NCBI GenBank assembly: GCA_963796275.1
Contig: CAWCKY010000006.1
Span: 2,272,001-2,336,000 of the forward strand
Origin: an uncultured Acidobacteriota bacterium
GTDB taxonomy: Bacteria; Acidobacteriota; Blastocatellia; RBC074
Reading direction: 5' to 3'
DNA: 64,000 nt
Below the pieces are notes generated by a model that did not search any database, was not told where the DNA came from, and saw nothing but the letters and a program-made list of their open reading frames with translations. Both the position numbers and the translations under genes were made by a program. Positions 62,733-64,000 of this stretch are shown piece after piece. How positions within the stretch are numbered: position 1 is the stretch's first letter; the number at the start of each line of letters is the position of its first letter.

Positions 62733-64000
62733 ATGTCGCTGACAGAATACAAGCCGGGAGCAAGATTCCCGGGCGTCATCGGGCGGACGCCCGACGTGTC
62801 GGAGCCAGCATGGCCGGAGCCCACCAGGCCGAAGGAAGGTGCGCCAAACGTGCTTTTCATCGTTCTCGATGATACGGGATATGGGCACCTCGGGTGCTAC
62901 GGCAGCCCGATCTCCACGCCGAACATCGACGCGCTGGCTAAGGGGGGCTTGCTCTACACTAACATGCACACGACCGCCCTCTGTTCGCCGTCCCGCTCCT
63001 GCATAATCACAGGTCGCAATCATCATACGAATCACCTGGCCTGTCTGACGAACGGCTCCACGGGATATCCAGGATCGGACGGTTACATCCCGTTCGAGAA
63101 CGGGTTCATCTCGGAGATATTAAAGGAACGCGGCTACAGCTCTTATTGCGTCGGGAAATGGCACCTCGCGCCGGAAGAGACGATGACGGCGGCGGGGCCA
63201 TACGACCGATGGCCGCTGGGACGCGGGTTCGAGCGTTATTACGGTTTCATGGGAGGCGACACAAATCAATACTATCCCGAGCTCATCCGCGACAATTCGC
63301 AGATCGAACCGGAGACGACCCCCGAACAGGGCTATCACCTGACGCCTGACCTGGTCGAGAAAGCGAAGGCGATGATCGCTGACACCAAGCAGGTCGCGCC
63401 AAACAAGCCGTTCTTCCTATACTTCGCAACGGGCGCGATGCATTCACCGCATCACGTGCCTAAGGAATGGGCCGACAAATACAAGGGCAAGTTCGACGCG
63501 GGCTGGGAGGCGTATCGCAAGCAGGTCTTCGAGAACCAGAAGAAACTCGGACTCGCGCCCCCCAATGCCGAATTGTCCCGGCCAGATCCGGACGTGCAGG
63601 ACTGGAGTAAGCTTCCGTCGGATGAGCGAAGGCTCTACGCCAGGATGATGGAGGTCTTCGCGGGGTTTCTGGAGCACACCGACCGTTACATCGGCAAGCT
63701 CATTCAGTTTCTGAAAGACATCGGTGAGTACGACAACACATTGATCATGCTGATCTCGGATAACGGTTCGAGCGCGGAAGGCGGACCGACGGGCTCAATC
63801 AACGAGTGCCGTTTCTTCAACAACGTGCCCGATACAGTGGAGGACGGGCTGAAGCACATCGACGACATCGGCGGGCCGAAAGTGTTCAATCACTTTCCAT
63901 GGGAAAGGCGATCTTCCAGTCACGACGCTGAATCGGCTGGCGCAGGGTGGCGCGATGCTTGTCGGAGCCGACACCGGCGCGCCTGTTACGCCAGAGTACG
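62733..64000 (+). pseudogene. Arylsulfatase with an apparent large internal deletion and frameshift near 63902; runs off the window
   Basis: Hand translation: PNVLFIVLDDTGYG...ALCSPSRSCIITGRNHH...GKWHL...SDNGSSAEGG...FNHFPW, then sulfatase-like sequence continues only in another frame as GKGDLPVTT...VGADTGAPVTPEY. Confidence 0.7.

Overview
GC-rich bacterial chromosomal DNA. The gene content (four ADOP-type duplicated ABC permeases, two of them directly behind padR genes, four secreted VWA-domain paralogues, PQQ/PD40 propellers, many REP-like palindromes) suggests Acidobacteriota, probably Blastocatellia; this is inference. Most of the window is a mosaic of unrelated accessory genes: GH51 and GH127 glycosidases, an amidohydrolase, a LytS/LytTR system, a MerR operon, an acyl-CoA ligase, a flavin monooxygenase, qor, dinB and ybaK. 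The best signal is a selenium neighbourhood at about 56.7-62.2 kb. Two ORFs called separately (57323..58294 and 56756..57295, minus strand) are in frame and separated only by TGA-CCG-CTC-TGA, followed by a SECIS-like hairpin. They probably form one exported ~498-aa selenoprotein: signal peptide, CCxxC domain, TlpA thioredoxin (WCGPC), U-P-L-U motif and a C-terminal beta-barrel-like domain ending in F. A leaderless Cys-rich leader ORF precedes it, and the selenoneine genes senA-senB lie nearby on the opposite strand. The last gene, an arylsulfatase, appears to carry a large internal deletion with a frameshift. No rRNA, tRNA, CRISPR array or transposase was recognised. All family assignments are by eye, without database searches.
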